Program-made: the position numbers and the translations under genes
Notes under the pieces: generated by a model
The model's database searches: none
Told to the model about the DNA's origin: nothing
Seen by the model: the letters and a program-made list of their open reading frames with translations, nothing else
Assembly (NCBI RefSeq): GCF_963921235.1
Contig: NC_086097.1
Span: 167,836,001-167,900,000 of the forward strand
Source of the DNA: Mobula hypostoma
Taxonomy: Eukaryota
Direction of reading: 5' to 3'
DNA length: 64,000 nt
Shown here: positions 1 through 12,888 of the stretch, one piece after another
Position numbering within the stretch: the stretch's first letter is position 1
Layout: each line of letters opens with the position of its first letter

Positions 1-400
1 CCACACATTGCTCTAGTGTCTATGCGAGGAGTGGCGCCCCACACAGACTTCCAATCTGCTCCTTGTAAGGCATGAAAATGCCCGACGCAGGCCTCTCGTG
101 GTCTGAGTTGACTTTCCCCCTAATCCAGTCAGCATCCTGGTGAACCTCTTCTGTACCTTTTCCAGAGCCTCCATGTTCCTCCTGTAATGGGGTGACCAGA
201 ATTTCACACAGTACTCCAAAGTGATACAGCAGCAGTATGACTTCTTTACTCTTGTCCACTCTGCCCACACCTATGAGAGCAAGCATGCCATTCACTTTCA
301 TTACCAGCGCATCTACTTGTGAGGACACTTTCAGGAAACTATGGACTTGGATCCAAAATTCCCCTGTACATCAATGCTGTTGAGGGTCTTGATATCATTG
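1..400 (-). mobile_element. CR1-type LINE fragment (C-terminal part of ORF2)
   Basis: Minus-strand peptide LEYCVKFWSPHYRRNMEALEKVQKRFTRML, typical of the CR1 post-RT region; frameshifted. Confidence 0.85.
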
Positions 401-929
401 TTCATAGAAGTTTCCAACAGCAGGTTTACAGTAAATTAGTGTTTCTTTTAAGGTTACAGCAGTGTAAAAGACAAAAGTAAGTAATTTAAACCAGTTAACT
501 TATTTTAGGTTGGTTAGTTAAAAATCAAATGAGTAAAAATCACTACTGAATGAATATTTAATTCAAGCTGTGATTGAAGTGCAAAGATAAATGATGTGTA
601 CTTACTGAAATTTGTAGAAGTTGGGGATTGGTGAGATCCCCATCGAGGACATCTACAGTATCTGCATCTGAGTCTGAGCTGCAGATAGTCTAGAGCATCG
701 GGAAAGCTAGGTAATTTTATCCAGAAGACAGTTACACCACTAAGGATAAGTGTGAAGAACTGAAGGATGTAACTGCTTGTTGGGCAAGTACGAAGACTGA
801 GATGTGCAATAATCTTAGTTTCTGACCTTGCCTGACAGAGCACACTTGCTACTGTTAAAGAATAAGGGTATCAAAAACTTCAGGTGTATCCTGATAGCTG
901 ATTATTTGGGTTGAGGAATGTTAAATGGA

Positions 930-1250
930 ATCTTATTCAGAAAATTTGAGGTGTTGCATTTTGGAAAGTCAAACCAAGGTATGACTTTCACACTGAGCAG
1001 TAGGGCCCTCGGAAATGTTGTAGAACAAAACAGACGGACCTTAGAGTTCACCTCTACTTCCTCAGTAAGCTAAAGAAATTTGGCATATCCCTGTTGACCA
1101 TTGCAAGTATTTTTTGATGCACGACGGAAAGCTTCCCATTCGGATGCATCATAGTTTGGTATGGTAACTGTTCTGCTCATATCCACAAGAAACTGCAGGG
1201 AGTCATGGACACAGCTTTGCATATCAGGGAAACCAGGCTATGCTACACTT
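930..1250 (+). mobile_element. Adjacent degenerate CR1 (about 930-1050) and Rex1/Babar (about 1050-1250) fragments
   Basis: gaggtgttgcattttggaaag (EVLHFG) followed by Rex1-like LYFLSKLKKFG...GCIIVWYGNC coding remnants. Confidence 0.6.
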
Positions 1251-1882
1251 ATCCTGTATATTGAGATATGGTTAGGTAATATCTGTAAGATGACAATCCT
1301 CTAGGAAAAGGGATCATAGATGGTGAATGTTCTTCATGCAGTTTGAGCAACTTGAACTTAAATAGAGCCATCTATGCAGCATAACTTAGGGTTAACCGGT
1401 TAACCATAGGGATATTTGAGAAGATGACGACAAGAATTAAATATGGAAAGCTTGTAAACAAGTACTACAAAATATTCAAAAATTGAAAAACAAATTTCCA
1501 CAAGTACAATGATTTGTCTGTGGCTAATTGAAGAGTTTAACAATAGAATCGGGTTTAATATCACTGGCATATGCCATGAAATTTTGTTTTATGCAATAGC
1601 AAATGACCAAAAAAATGATGATGAAGAGGAATGATTATAAAGGTAAATAGTAAGGTGAGTAAATGAAATAAATTTGTGTCCCTAAGATAGAGATCAAAAA
1701 TAAAGATCATGGTTGTTTTAATGTGTTTCCCTACACTTACCATATTGTTTGTTTCCTTCATTATCCAGAAATCTGTTAATATCATTGTAGAAGGCAATCA
1801 ATAAATGATCCTCCACATCTGATTAGGGTAGGGAATTTCCAATAATTCTCCACCTTTGAAAGAAGGAACTTCTCTTAATTCT

Positions 1883-1965
1883 CAAATAAGAGGAAGTCTG
1901 CAGATGCTGGAAATCTCAAGCAACACACACAAAATGCTGAGTTCCTCCAGCATTTTGTGTGTGTT
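1883..1965. mobile_element. 83-bp Penelope-derived mini-insertion with an internal hairpin
   Basis: Flanked by a perfect 15-bp direct repeat ACTTCTCTTAATTCT (1868-1882 and 1966-1980). Contains an 18-bp inverted repeat of the Penelope 3' tail motif. Confidence 0.8.
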
Positions 1966-2109
1966 ACTTCTCTTAATTCTACTGCTATCCCTTAATTGAA
2001 AACTGTGATTTCAATTCTAGTTTTTCAGACGGGCAAAGCATCCTTCCCCTTCTACCCTGTGGAGCCCTGTAACAACAGTATTTACTGAATAGTAGCACTC
2101 AGTTTTTTA

Positions 2110-2878
2110 AAAAATGCCCTGTACATCTTCTTTGAACATGCCCTGGTCACATTAAATGCATGTTCTTTAGTATTAGACATTTAAACCCTGGGAAAAAGAT
2201 GCTGTCAATTTCCTCTATCTATACCCCTCAGTCTTATAAACTTCTATCAGATCTCCCCTCAGCCTCCGTTATACTTGGAAAAAACAACCCAGGTTTGTCC
2301 AGTCTCTGCTTATAGCACATCCTTTCTAATCCAGGTAGCATCCTTGTAAACTCTTTTACACCCTTTCTAGAGCCTCCACATCCTACCTATAATGTGATGA
2401 TCAGAACTGAATACAATACCCTAGGTGCAGTCTAACCAGAGTTCAATAAAACTGCTGTGTAAATTTCTGACTTTTGAAATCTGTGTCTAAATTAATAAAG
2501 ACAAGCGTGCCATACATCTTCTTACCCACCCCGTCGAATTGTGCAGCCACTTTCGGGGAGCAATGAACTTGGACCCCAAGGTCTCTCTGTCCATCACATT
2601 TTTAAGATTCCTGCTATTTATTGTGTACTGTCCATTTACATTTGATCTGTCAAAGTGCAATACCTCACATTTGGCTGGATTAAGCTTCATCTGCCATTCT
2701 ACCGCTCATATCCGTAACTGATCTGTATCCTACTGTATCCTTTGGCAATCTTCTACACGATCAACAATACAACCAGTTCTTGTACCGTTTACGAGCTCAA
2801 TAATCTTCTTGTCCACATTTTTATCCAAGTCACTATAAAAATCACAAACAGCCGACGATTCAGGACAGATGCTTGTGG
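2110..2878 (-). mobile_element. CR1 LINE 3' fragment
   Basis: Minus-strand MKLNPAKCEVLHF and downstream CR1 motifs; degenerate. Confidence 0.8.
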
Positions 2879-2881
2879 GTA

Positions 2882-3267
2882 TAGTATTGTGCAAAGGTCA
2901 TAGGCACATGTAAAAAAAATGTAAAGTGAAAATGCTTTCAAAAATAATGAAGTGAAAAGTTTCTAAATATAAAAATAATTCCAATAAAGTGAAGTAAAAA
3001 GAACTAAATCAAATCTGTATTTGGTGTGACCATCCTTTGCCTTTAAAATTGCATCAGTACTCTTGGGTATACTGCCATGCAGGTTTATAAGAGAAGAGGC
3101 TGGTAGATTGTTCCATGCATCTTGGAGAACTTGCCATAGTCCTGAAGACTATGGCAGCCTCGCTTGCTGCTGTGTCTCTCGGTACACACAGACAGTCTCG
3201 ATGATGAGATCTGCCTCTGTGGAAGCATATAAAAATATAGGATGCCTAAGACTTTTGCACAGTACTG
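2882..3267. mobile_element. Non-autonomous Tc1-like element (MITE), copy 1
   Basis: TIRs (C/T)AGTATTGTGCAAAGGTCATAGGCA ... TGCCTAAGACTTTTGCACAGTACTG; TA on the left; same family as 6519-6941. Confidence 0.85.
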
Positions 3268-3349
3268 CAGGTGAGCAGAAGAGAAGGGTGAGAAGGATTT
3301 CAAAATGTGGAGTGGGAAAAGAGGAGGAGGAAAGAGAAGAAATAACTGG

Positions 3350-3635
3350 CTGTTTTTCTCACCTCCCTATCATCACTCTCTGGTGCCCCTCCTCCTTCCC
3401 TTTCTCCCATGGTCTACTGCCCTCTCCTATCAGATTTGTTCTTCAGCCCTTTATTTCTTCCACCTATCACCTCCCAGCTTCTTACTTCATCCCCTCCCCA
3501 ACCTTCTTATTTTGGCTTGTTCCCCCTTCCTTTCCAGGCCTGATGATGGGACTTGGCCCAAACCGATGACTGTTTATTCCCCTCCAAAGATTCTGCCTGA
3601 TTTTACAGAATTCCTTCAGTGTTTTCTGCGTGTTA
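3350..3635 (+). mobile_element. Penelope-derived SINE-like 3' fragment with a degenerate hammerhead motif
   Basis: Pyrimidine-rich body, then CCTGATGATGGGACTTGGCCCAAACCGATGACTG and a tail homologous to 18540-18643. Confidence 0.7.
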
Positions 3636-5019
3636 GACCATAAAACCTGAAGACATAAGAGCAGAAATAGGTCACTTGGCCCACCGGGTCTGCTCCGCCA
3701 TTCCATCATGACTGATTTAACCCCATTTTCCTTCCCTCTCCCTATAACTTTTGACACCCCGATTAATCAAGAATCTCCACCTGAAAAATACCCACAGCTG
3801 GATGGTTGAAGGATGATGTTGACCCGTGACCCAAAAGCCTGCTCATGTGCTGTATCAATCTATGGAAAGTGTACTGTAAGTGACAGGACTCTTGAGAAGC
3901 TGTGACATGCAGAGGGATTTTGGGGTACAATTCCACTGCTCTCTCAAAGAGGTAACACGGGTGGCTAGGGTGATAAAGAAGGCATGATCAGGGCAGGTGT
4001 GTAAAAGTTGGAAAGTCATGTTGCAGTTGTGTAGAACTTTGGTTGAGCCCCAATTGAAGTACTACATGCAGTTGTGGTCACGACATTACAAAAAAGATGT
4101 AGACGCTTTGGAAATGGTGCAGAGGAACCGAAATGTTGCCTGGATTGAGTGTGTTACCTGTAAAAGAGCAGACTGGACAGACTGTTAAGAGGTTTTCTGT
4201 GGAGTTGTACCATCTAAGCCATGTTCTACTTTTCTATTCCTCCTCCAATAATGGAGAACCTGGTATTTTCACACGTACTATAACCTGTCAGCCCACCCAC
4301 TTAACCAGCCTATATCCCTTCACAGATTGTGCCATTCTCACTGCTTGTCTTCCCACTTGACTTTGCAGTGTCGGCAAATTTGGCCACCGTACTGTATATT
4401 TAGTTACTTTCTCTAAGTCACTGTTATTAATTGTAAGTGATTGAGGCCACAACACCAATTCCTGTGGCTCCCCATCTTGCCAACCTGGAGAAGAACTATG
4501 TATAAAAATTCCCAGTATTAGATGGTCAGTCCTTCAGCAATGCTGACATATAGCTCCAGATACCATCGGCATCTCCCTTGTGAGGTAACCCTATTAAATG
4601 CCTCCTGGAAATCTAAATACATTGCATCTACTGATTCTCCAATATCTACCCTGCTCATGACATCCTCAGAGCACTCTGATTATTGAAGCAAACATTGTTT
4701 CTCTTCTGTTAAACCATGCCTTTCTGTTTTATGATTTTCTAAATATCCTCCTAACACGTATTCAGTGACCATTTCTCCATTTGAAGTTCACAGCAGGGTA
4801 AATCCCTGGGTTCAGGTGGCTCTGGTGTTGTGATTGTTAGCTAGCTGCTGGAAGTTTTTATACAATGGAGCTAGGAGATATTCACTAGGGCTGGCACTTC
4901 CAGTAAAGACAACAACAGTATTAGCATGTCGGGTTAAAACCCTTACATTTCTAGTTAGTGATCAAACTAGATTCACTTGCATAGAAGACATGAAAGGGCA
5001 GGTGTCCTTTTATTCATTT

Positions 5020-6110
5020 CTCAAGATAGGTCCATCTTCATGCCTAGAGAAGGTGGTGGTGAACTGCCTGCCCAACTCTCTGCAGGCCATCCCATGGAGG
5101 TACACCCTCAAGGCTATCAGGCAGAGAGTTCTAGGATTTGCACCAGAAATGGTGAGATACTGTAATTCCATGAGGGGAAATTCCATCCATTCCCATGCAC
5201 CTGAAGACTCTGTTCTGCTTAGTGGTCATGGGTGCAGGGTTGTGAGGTGCTTTCAGAGTAGCCTGGGTGAGTAACTGCATGCATATTTCTGAATGGTACA
5301 CACAGTGCACCAAAGGTGGAGGGAATGAATGTTCGGAGCACTAAGTGGGTTACAAGTCAACAGAAACAAGTGATACTGGAATCTGGAGCGACAAATGATC
5401 TGCTGGAGGAACTCAGCAGACCAAGCAGCATCTGTTGAGGGATAAAGGATCGTCAATGCATCCTGTTGGAAGCCTGCATCAGGGCAGAGAGCTGCTTTGT
5501 CTTGGATGCTGCTGAGCTTCCTGAGTGCAGATGGAGCTGCACTCATCCAGCAGAGGGAGAACATTCCATCACACTTGATCTGTGCTCCTTAGACTGAAGG
5601 AAAGCTTTGACATGATTCACTTGCCACACGGTAGACAGCGTAGGGCCAATTCTTGCAGTCACACCACACAAGTAGTCCAGCTAAGTTTCTAATCCACTGA
5701 TGACTATCCCAAATATTAATGGTGGGAGTACAGGAGACAGCATATGCTAGAATCTGGATCAACAACCATTTTTCTGGGGGAACTCAGTGGGTTGAGCAGT
5801 ATCTATAGGAAGAAAGAAATTGTTGACCTCTCAATATGTTTGGCAACATTTCCATCATTGTGCTGATCATTAAGAGTAGACTGATTGGGTTGTCGATGGT
5901 TAGATTTGAGTTGCCCTGCCTGAGGATAAGTCGGCGCACTTTTCCACATTGTCGGGTAGTTACCAGTGTTGTAGTCAGCACCAAACAGCTTAGCTGGACC
6001 TGCAGTCATGTCTTTAAAGTTACATCTAAGATATTGGCTGGTCCTTTGGTCCTTTGCTGGAGAACCAGGAGAGTGATTGATAAAAGTACTGTTGGAGCCA
6101 TGTGAGAGCT
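5020..6110 (-). mobile_element. Old CR1/L2-clade LINE remnant interrupted by Penelope-derived SINE fragments
   Basis: Minus-strand SAAPSALRKLSSIQDKAA...NIHSLH...VCTI, a LINE RT C-terminal motif; SINE inserts near 5365-5485 and 5730-5835. Confidence 0.6.
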
Positions 6111-6518
6111 ATTGGTAAAGGTGTGGATGAGGGAGAAATAAATCAACTGTTGGATGAACTTAGTGGGTCAGTCAGCATCCATTAGCAGGGATCCCCACTA
6201 CCTGGATCATGCTTTCTTCTCACCGCTGCCAACAGGAGGAAGGTACCAAAGCCTCAGGAACACACACCACCGGGTTCAGGATCAGTTATTACCCCACATG
6301 CATTAGGCTCTTCAACTAGCTCCCACAATCTATGGGCTCTTCATCGCATGTTCTCAATATGCATGGCTTATTTATTTATTTATTTTCTTTCCCTTTTGTT
6401 TGCTGTTGTATAGTTTGATATCTTTTGCACACTGGTTGTTGTGGTTTTTCATAGTTATTGCACTTATTAAGTGTGCCTACAAGAAATTGAATCTCAGTGT
6501 TGTGTATGCTGACATATA

Positions 6519-6941
6519 CAGTATTGTGCAAAAATCTTAGATGCAATCTTACAAAAAAAATCCTGTAAAGCAAAGATACTTTCAAAAATAATGAAATGAA
6601 AAGATTTTTAAATATGAGAAAATTTACTATAAAGAGCAGTAAACAGTAAAAAAAAATAAATCCAGTCAATATTTGGTGTGACCACCCTTTGCTTTTAAAA
6701 CTGCATCAATTCTTTTATAAAACTGTTGCGCAGTTTTATAAGAAAACGGGCTGGTAGGTTGTTCTAAACACCTTGAAGAATTTGCCACACTTCCAACTTT
6801 GACTCTCTCGCTTACTTCTGACTGTCCAGGTAATCTCAGGTAGCCTCGATGATGTTAATATCAGAGCTCCGTGGAGCCAATACCATCTGAAAACATGTAT
6901 TTTAAAAAATGTAGGGTGCCTAAGATTTTTACACAGTACTG
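6519..6941. mobile_element. Non-autonomous Tc1-like element (MITE), copy 2, inserted in a Rex1-type 3' tail
   Basis: TA|CAGTATTGTGCAAAAATCTTAG ... CCTAAGATTTTTACACAGTACTG|TA. Flanks rejoin as gacatata-tgtactttgataataaa, the tail of the element at about 6190-6985. Confidence 0.9.
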
Positions 6942-6995
6942 TATGTACTTTGATAATAAATTTGCTTTGAACCTTGATCTTTGAACTTGGTTCAT

Positions 6996-7157
6996 CCTCC
7001 GCATATTTCACACTGCCACCCAGCTTTGTGTCATCTGCAAATTTGCTAATGTTACTTTTAATCCCTTCATCTAAATCGTTAACGTATATTGTAAATAGCT
7101 GCGGTCCCAGCACCGAGCCTTGCGGTACCTCACTAGTCACCGCCTGCCATTCTGAAA
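6996..7157 (-). mobile_element. Short, well-preserved CR1 RT core fragment
   Basis: [47 protein letters not shown], containing the PQG and FADD RT motifs. Confidence 0.92.
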
Positions 7158-8326
7158 GGCTGGAGGGAATGAATGTTCTGAGCACTAAGTGGGTTACAAG
7201 TCAACAGAAACAAGTGATACTGGAATCTGGAGCGAGAAACAATCTGCTGGAGGAACTCAGTTCATCCTAGGATGAACACTTTGTGATCAAGGATGGAGTC
7301 ACACTGGCCTGCTTGCCCACAATCGATGACCTCTCCACCGCCCCTCACTCTCTCCACACAGACAACCCACATGTGATCAAAATCAATCCCGTCCGTTATT
7401 AAACAGCTTCCCAGTACTCTCCAGGAAATGTGCGCTCAAGCAAGATGTGACTGCGCAGTGCGAGTCCCTGCTTTAAGAAACCCTGGAAGGAAGCAGTCAA
7501 TTAGTGTGAAGCAGAATAAGCATTTATCTGCAGTCTTGGCAGTTTTCTGTTATTAACTTGTTGTTTTGGTCTACAGTGTTTTTCTTTTTCTGGCTGGTTA
7601 ATTTGGGTTTTTGAGGGCATCTGCCAGAATTGTTAGCTGAATAAGCCCCAGGTATCCTGAACCATAATGTTACCACATCCCCAAGGACTGAATCTGCTCT
7701 AATGAATCGGATTCTAATTGCTCAAGGAGGGAATTTCCAGTTTTTGATAAAATCTGTAATGGGTAGGACACGGATACCTCTCCCTAGTGTCAACTCGTAG
7801 AGTCTAGTTAGAACTCCCTACTACTCCTGGCATTAATGTTGGGTGAGAAAATACTTCCTCTTAGGTGTTGGTGTTCTGGTAACTGTATGATGGGGGTAAA
7901 CAAGAAACAAAGAAACATAAGATTCCACTTAGTATTTTATTCCACTCAAATGTAGGCGCAAATAGCTGTGGATTTGCAAAATGAATTTAAAGAGAAGCTC
8001 TGTGTTTTCACCTCATGGAGTCTGGCTGCAGACTGCTCCTGCTGATCACAGCGGAATACAAGACCAGCTTGTTTATTTGTATAAGTTATGAACGTATTAT
8101 TTATGACACCAATTTGTTTTGCAAGTACCTTTTCTAGTGTGCTTCTCAGAAGGAAATGTTATCATAAAACTGCTTCACAGTAACTAAATATATTTGAATA
8201 ATTCCTGGCTGTGAGTAGCTCAACTGTAATTCGAGTCTGCAGTGCTGTCGATGCAAACTTTAAATTTAAAAAAAACCTCTTGCAGTGGTTTGTTGCTTTG
8301 TGAACTAGAGTGTATTATGCCATGTG

Positions 8327-9239
8327 CAGTCGGCCCTCCTAATCCACGAGTTCCGCATGCGCGAATTCAACCAACCGCGAATCAAGAAAACCCAGAAGTG
8401 CTCTTCCAGCACTTGTTGTTCGAGCATGTACAGACTTTTTTTCTTGTCATTATTCCCTAAACAACGCAGTATAATAACTATTTTACATAGCATTTACATT
8501 GTATTAGGTATTATAAGTAATCTGGAGATGATTTAAAGTATACGGGAGGATGTGCGTAGCTTATCGTGGATCGGGATTGGAAAAAAAACGGAAGTTCTCT
8601 TACTAAGTCGGAACAGGTACATCCGGTATTATTTAGCGTCAGTTAGTCGAAGGTTTGTCTTAGTATATAGTATATATTTTACCTTTCTATGCATATAAAA
8701 TACTTAAGAAACGTATGTTTCAGCGCCGGGCTCAGGAACGCAAGTTCCCGAGTTCGATCCAGTGACAGACCGCTCCCGAGCACGCTCTCCATCCGTGCCA
8801 GGTTGATGTGAAGGATCAAAACCCAAAATCCCAAAACCCAATAATTAAACCACCGCGTTGCTTAGTAATAATTGTAGCTTTAATCAGGCAGGGCCTTTCT
8901 CATTTTATCCTTTAAAATTGTTCCGATCATTAGACTGTAGCCTAATGCTTTTCCAATGACCTATGGCATTTCACCTCTTTCTGATCGCTTTGTTATTTCC
9001 ACTTAATTTTAAATCGTGGTTGTGATTATTTTCGTAAACAGAAACACTGCGGATTCAGAGCTCCGCCGCCGGGTCCAAATGCCCACTGCACTGAGACAGG
9101 TTAAGTAAGGTCCAGGGTTCCGCTGGGTCCCAAGGTCCACCGCATTGAGACAGGTTGAATAAGGGACTTGAGCATCTGCATTTTTTGGTATCCACGAGGG
9201 GTCCCGGAACCAATCCCTCGCGGATGAGGAGGGCCAACG
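8327..9239 (-). mobile_element. Tigger/pogo-family non-autonomous element with MER2-like ends
   Basis: TIRs CAGTCGGCCCTCCT...AGGAGGGCCAACG|TA. Both terminal regions resemble the MER2 consensus as I recall it. Internal minus-strand remnant of a Tigger N-terminal HTH (VEITKRSERGE..IGKALG) at about 8895-9005. Confidence 0.85.
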
Positions 9240-9379
9240 TACAGTGTACACTGAACATTGTAAGGACCCATCAGGAAACCACAGCTGGTATTTGATGCGA
9301 AGATGCCATTAAGTGGTTCAGCACAGCCAAGAAGGGCCAAAAGGCCTGTTTCTGTGCTGTAGTTTCTATGGTTTCCATG

Positions 9380-9715
9380 GTAAACTGGAAAGAGTGCAGA
9401 GGTTTACGAGGGTGTTGCCAGGACTTGAAGGACTAGGTTGAAAGGAGAGGTTGGGCAGGCTAGGATTTTATTCCTAAGAGTGGACAGACTGAGGGGTGAT
9501 CTTACAGAGCTGTACAAAATCATAAGGGGCATAGATAAAGTGAATGCACACAGTCTTTTCCCAGGATGGGGAATTCAAGAAGGTGAGTTAGGAAAGATGT
9601 AATAGGAAGGACAATGTTTTTTTTACCGAGGTTACTGTGTTTATGGAATGAGCTGCCAGAGGAAGTGGTTGAGGCATGTTTCCATGTTAACAACATTTAT
9701 AATACATTTGGACAG
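9380..9715 (+). mobile_element. CR1 LINE 3' fragment
   Basis: ctggaaagagtgcagagg...ctgaggggtgatctt...tggaatgagctgccagaggaagtggt. Confidence 0.8.
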
Positions 9716-9717
9716 CT

Positions 9718-11220
9718 AATTAAAAGAGAGCACTTTTTGTACAAATGATGTAGTTTAAAGTGCTTTATAATAAGATAAATTTCAAACATAAAAATAAAAG
9801 ATACAGTGAAGTTAGTTAAAAACAAGGTTTAGTAAATAGGTTTTGAGCTGGCATTTAAGTGTCAACTGTTTCCTTTTAAGTTTTAAGCACTGAGTTCCAG
9901 AGGTTAGGTGCATAGTTCAGAATAGCTGAGCTGCCAATTTTCTTTTGAGGGAGATTGTTTAAACTTAAAGAGACTTGTGGAGGAATACCTTAGAGCTTGG
10001 GCCGGATTTAAAAAAATGAGAGCAATTTTGTGATGAAATCTAGTCCCAGACTATTCAGAGCTTTAAAAACAACTAAGAAAACTTTAAAATCAATTCTAAA
10101 AAATATAGGAAGCTAATGTAGAATAGTTAGGACAGGAGTGATATGTTCCCTCATCCTAGTTTTAGTTAAAAGTCTAGCAGTGGCGTTTGGAATGAGTTGA
10201 AGTTTTTTAACAGATCACCATGGAAGGCCAGTAAAAAGTGTATTGTAGTTATCCAGTCTATTCGATATGAAGGCAGGAATTAGTTTTACAGCATCGCTAT
10301 ATGACAGAAACGGACGCATCTTTGCAATATTTGTTAAGTGTAGAAATGCTGCTCTGGTCACTTACTTTATTTGAAATTTAAAATTCAAATCTGAATCTAA
10401 GATAACATCCAGGTTTGTTATTTCTGATTTTACAAGGGGAGCCAAGTTCCCAAGTTTATCAAGAAGTTTATCTCTGTTGACTTTGGAAGCAACCAAAAGT
10501 ATTTCAGTTTATCTTCATTTACTTTTAGGAAATTATTGCTCATCCATTTGTTTATTGCAGCCGCACCAGAAGATAGAGAAGATAGGGTATTATCATTGTC
10601 AGGCTCAACAGAGATGTACAATTGTGTGTCATCTACATAAGTGTGGAAATCAAGTTTATGCTCTCTAATGCTGTATCCGAAGGGGAGCATGCATAAGGAG
10701 AACAGTGGGGGACCAAGACAGCTTCCCCGAACAACACCAAAAGGTACATTGTATCTCCTAGAAAAATGGCCACCAAAACAGACAAAAAATTGAATAGAGT
10801 TGACTTTATTTCTTACATCCTTCACATACATGAGGAGTAAAAATCCTGATGTTACGTCTCTGTCTAAATGTGCAATGTACAATCATGGTAACTTATAATA
10901 ATTTATAATAAGTAGAAGAGTCAGTGTAACATAGAAATACATTCAAATCAGTGAGAGTGTATCTTCTGTCTGAGATGTATGAGCGAAACCATTTAAGGAT
11001 GCTACTTGAGAGGCCAATTCAGTTCTCAGTGTGATTTAGGAGAATGTTGTGGTCAATTGTGTCAAAGGCAGCACTTAGTAGTTCTAGGAGAATTAGAACT
11101 GAGACCCTGTTGGCCTAAGGTTGCTAACAATTTTGGTAAGGGCTGTCTCCATGCTGTGGTTTGCTCTTAAACCCTGGCTGGAACTTTTCTACAAAATTGT
11201 GCTCATTCAGAATGTTGTTG
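9718..11220 (-). mobile_element. L2-clade LINE fragment (RT and 3' end) with a nested short LINE tail at about 10790-10960
   Basis: [21 protein letters not shown]...[13 protein letters not shown]; upstream LILL-LSAAFDTIDH motif; downstream SRLDNYNTL...IQT-TARLLTKTRMREHITPVL; AAAGCACTTT-type L2 3' end. Confidence 0.85.
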
Positions 11221-12120
11221 TGGTACATGTATAGAAAAGATTTAGAGTGATATGGGCAAATGGGACTAGCTCAGATGAACACCTTGAATTGAGTTGACTT
11301 TATTTCTTTCATCCTTCATATACATGAGGAGTAAAGATCTTTATGTTATGTCTCTGTCTAAATTTGCAATGTGCAATCATAGTAGTTTATAATAATTTAT
11401 AATAAATAGAACAGTCAAATCAGCATGAGTTCATCGGCCTGGTGGAAGAAGCTGTCCTGGAGGAAGAAGCTGTCCTGGAGCCTGTTGGTCCTGGCTTTTA
11501 TGCAGGAGTACCCTTTCCTGGATGGTAGCAGCTGATCAGCATGGATGAGTTTTGGGTTGTGTGATTATTTGTAGGTGTCGTATGCAGTCAGGAGAAGGAA
11601 CAGCAATCCTTCAGGACAACAAGTCTGTCATCCTTACCTATTTTGATCTATCTGTGATTCTACATCTGTCCCCAACTCCCGAATGCTCCTGACTGGCCTT
11701 GCAAACTACTCCAGCTTCTCAATGGAAGTTAGTGGAGGGAAATAAATTTTGGCCTTGCAACCAGTACTCAGATGTCCAACAATGAGTAAATCAAAAGTTG
11801 CATATGGCACTTTGAGCCTGCTCTGCCATTTAATAGCTAATCTAACATGACTGGTGTGATCTATGACCTTAATACCATTTTCCATCCAGTCACAAAGCCC
11901 ATTGTTCGCCCAAAATCTATTGCCTTTGAAGATACTACGTGTGTTGGTGTCCACAGCTGACTGCAACTGAGAATCCTCATGACTCATGATCCTCTCAAAG
12001 AAACTCTCTCCCATCTCAATCTTAAATGGACATCCCTATATACTGATGGGTAGCTCTCTATCCCGAGGCTGTGCACTCCCCCCCCCCCTCAGTTTTAGCC
12101 TCCCCTCAGTGCCTACGTTC

Positions 12121-12888
12121 GACCGTAAGACAAAGGAGCAGAAATAGACCATTTGCCCCTCGATTCTACTCTGCCTTTCCTTCATGGCTGATTTATTATC
12201 CCTTTTAACCCCATTCTCCTGCCTTCTCCCCACAACCATTGACACCCTTATTAATCCAGAACCTATCAACTTCCTGCTTTAAATATACTCAATCACTTGG
12301 CCTCCACAGCTCTCCATGACATTGATTTGCCAACCTCTGGCTAAATAAATTCCTCTCCACGTCTATTATGAATGGACTTCTCTCAATTCTGAGGTTGTTC
12401 CCTCTGGCCCTATACTCACTCACTGTAAGAAACATCATCTCCAAATCCACTCTCCCTAGGCCTCTCAATACGATGTATTTCAATGAGAACCCCTCTCATT
12501 CTTCTAAACTCCAGCAAGTACAGGCTCAGAGTCATCATATGTTAACCCCTTCATTCCCAGAATCATTCTTGTCAACCTCAGACCCCCTCCAATACCAGCA
12601 TATCTTTTCTTAGATAAGGTGTGCAAAACTGCTCACAAAACTCCCAAGTATGGTCTGACCAATGCCTGAAAAAGCCTCAGCATTACATCCTTACTTTTAT
12701 ATTCTAGTCCTCTCAAAATGAAAGTAACATTGCATTTGTCTTCTTACTACTGACACTACTTGCAGGTTAACCTGTAGGGAATCCTGCATGAAGATTCCCA
12801 AGTGGCTTTGCATATCAGATTTCTGAATTTGTTCCCTGTTTAGAAAATAGTCTGCACTTTCATTCCTTCCACCAAAGTACATGATCAT
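12121..12888 (-). mobile_element. CR1 LINE 3' fragment including the 3' UTR
   Basis: Minus-strand CR1 C-terminal motifs; tail ...ttctgctcctttgtcttacggtc. Confidence 0.8.
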
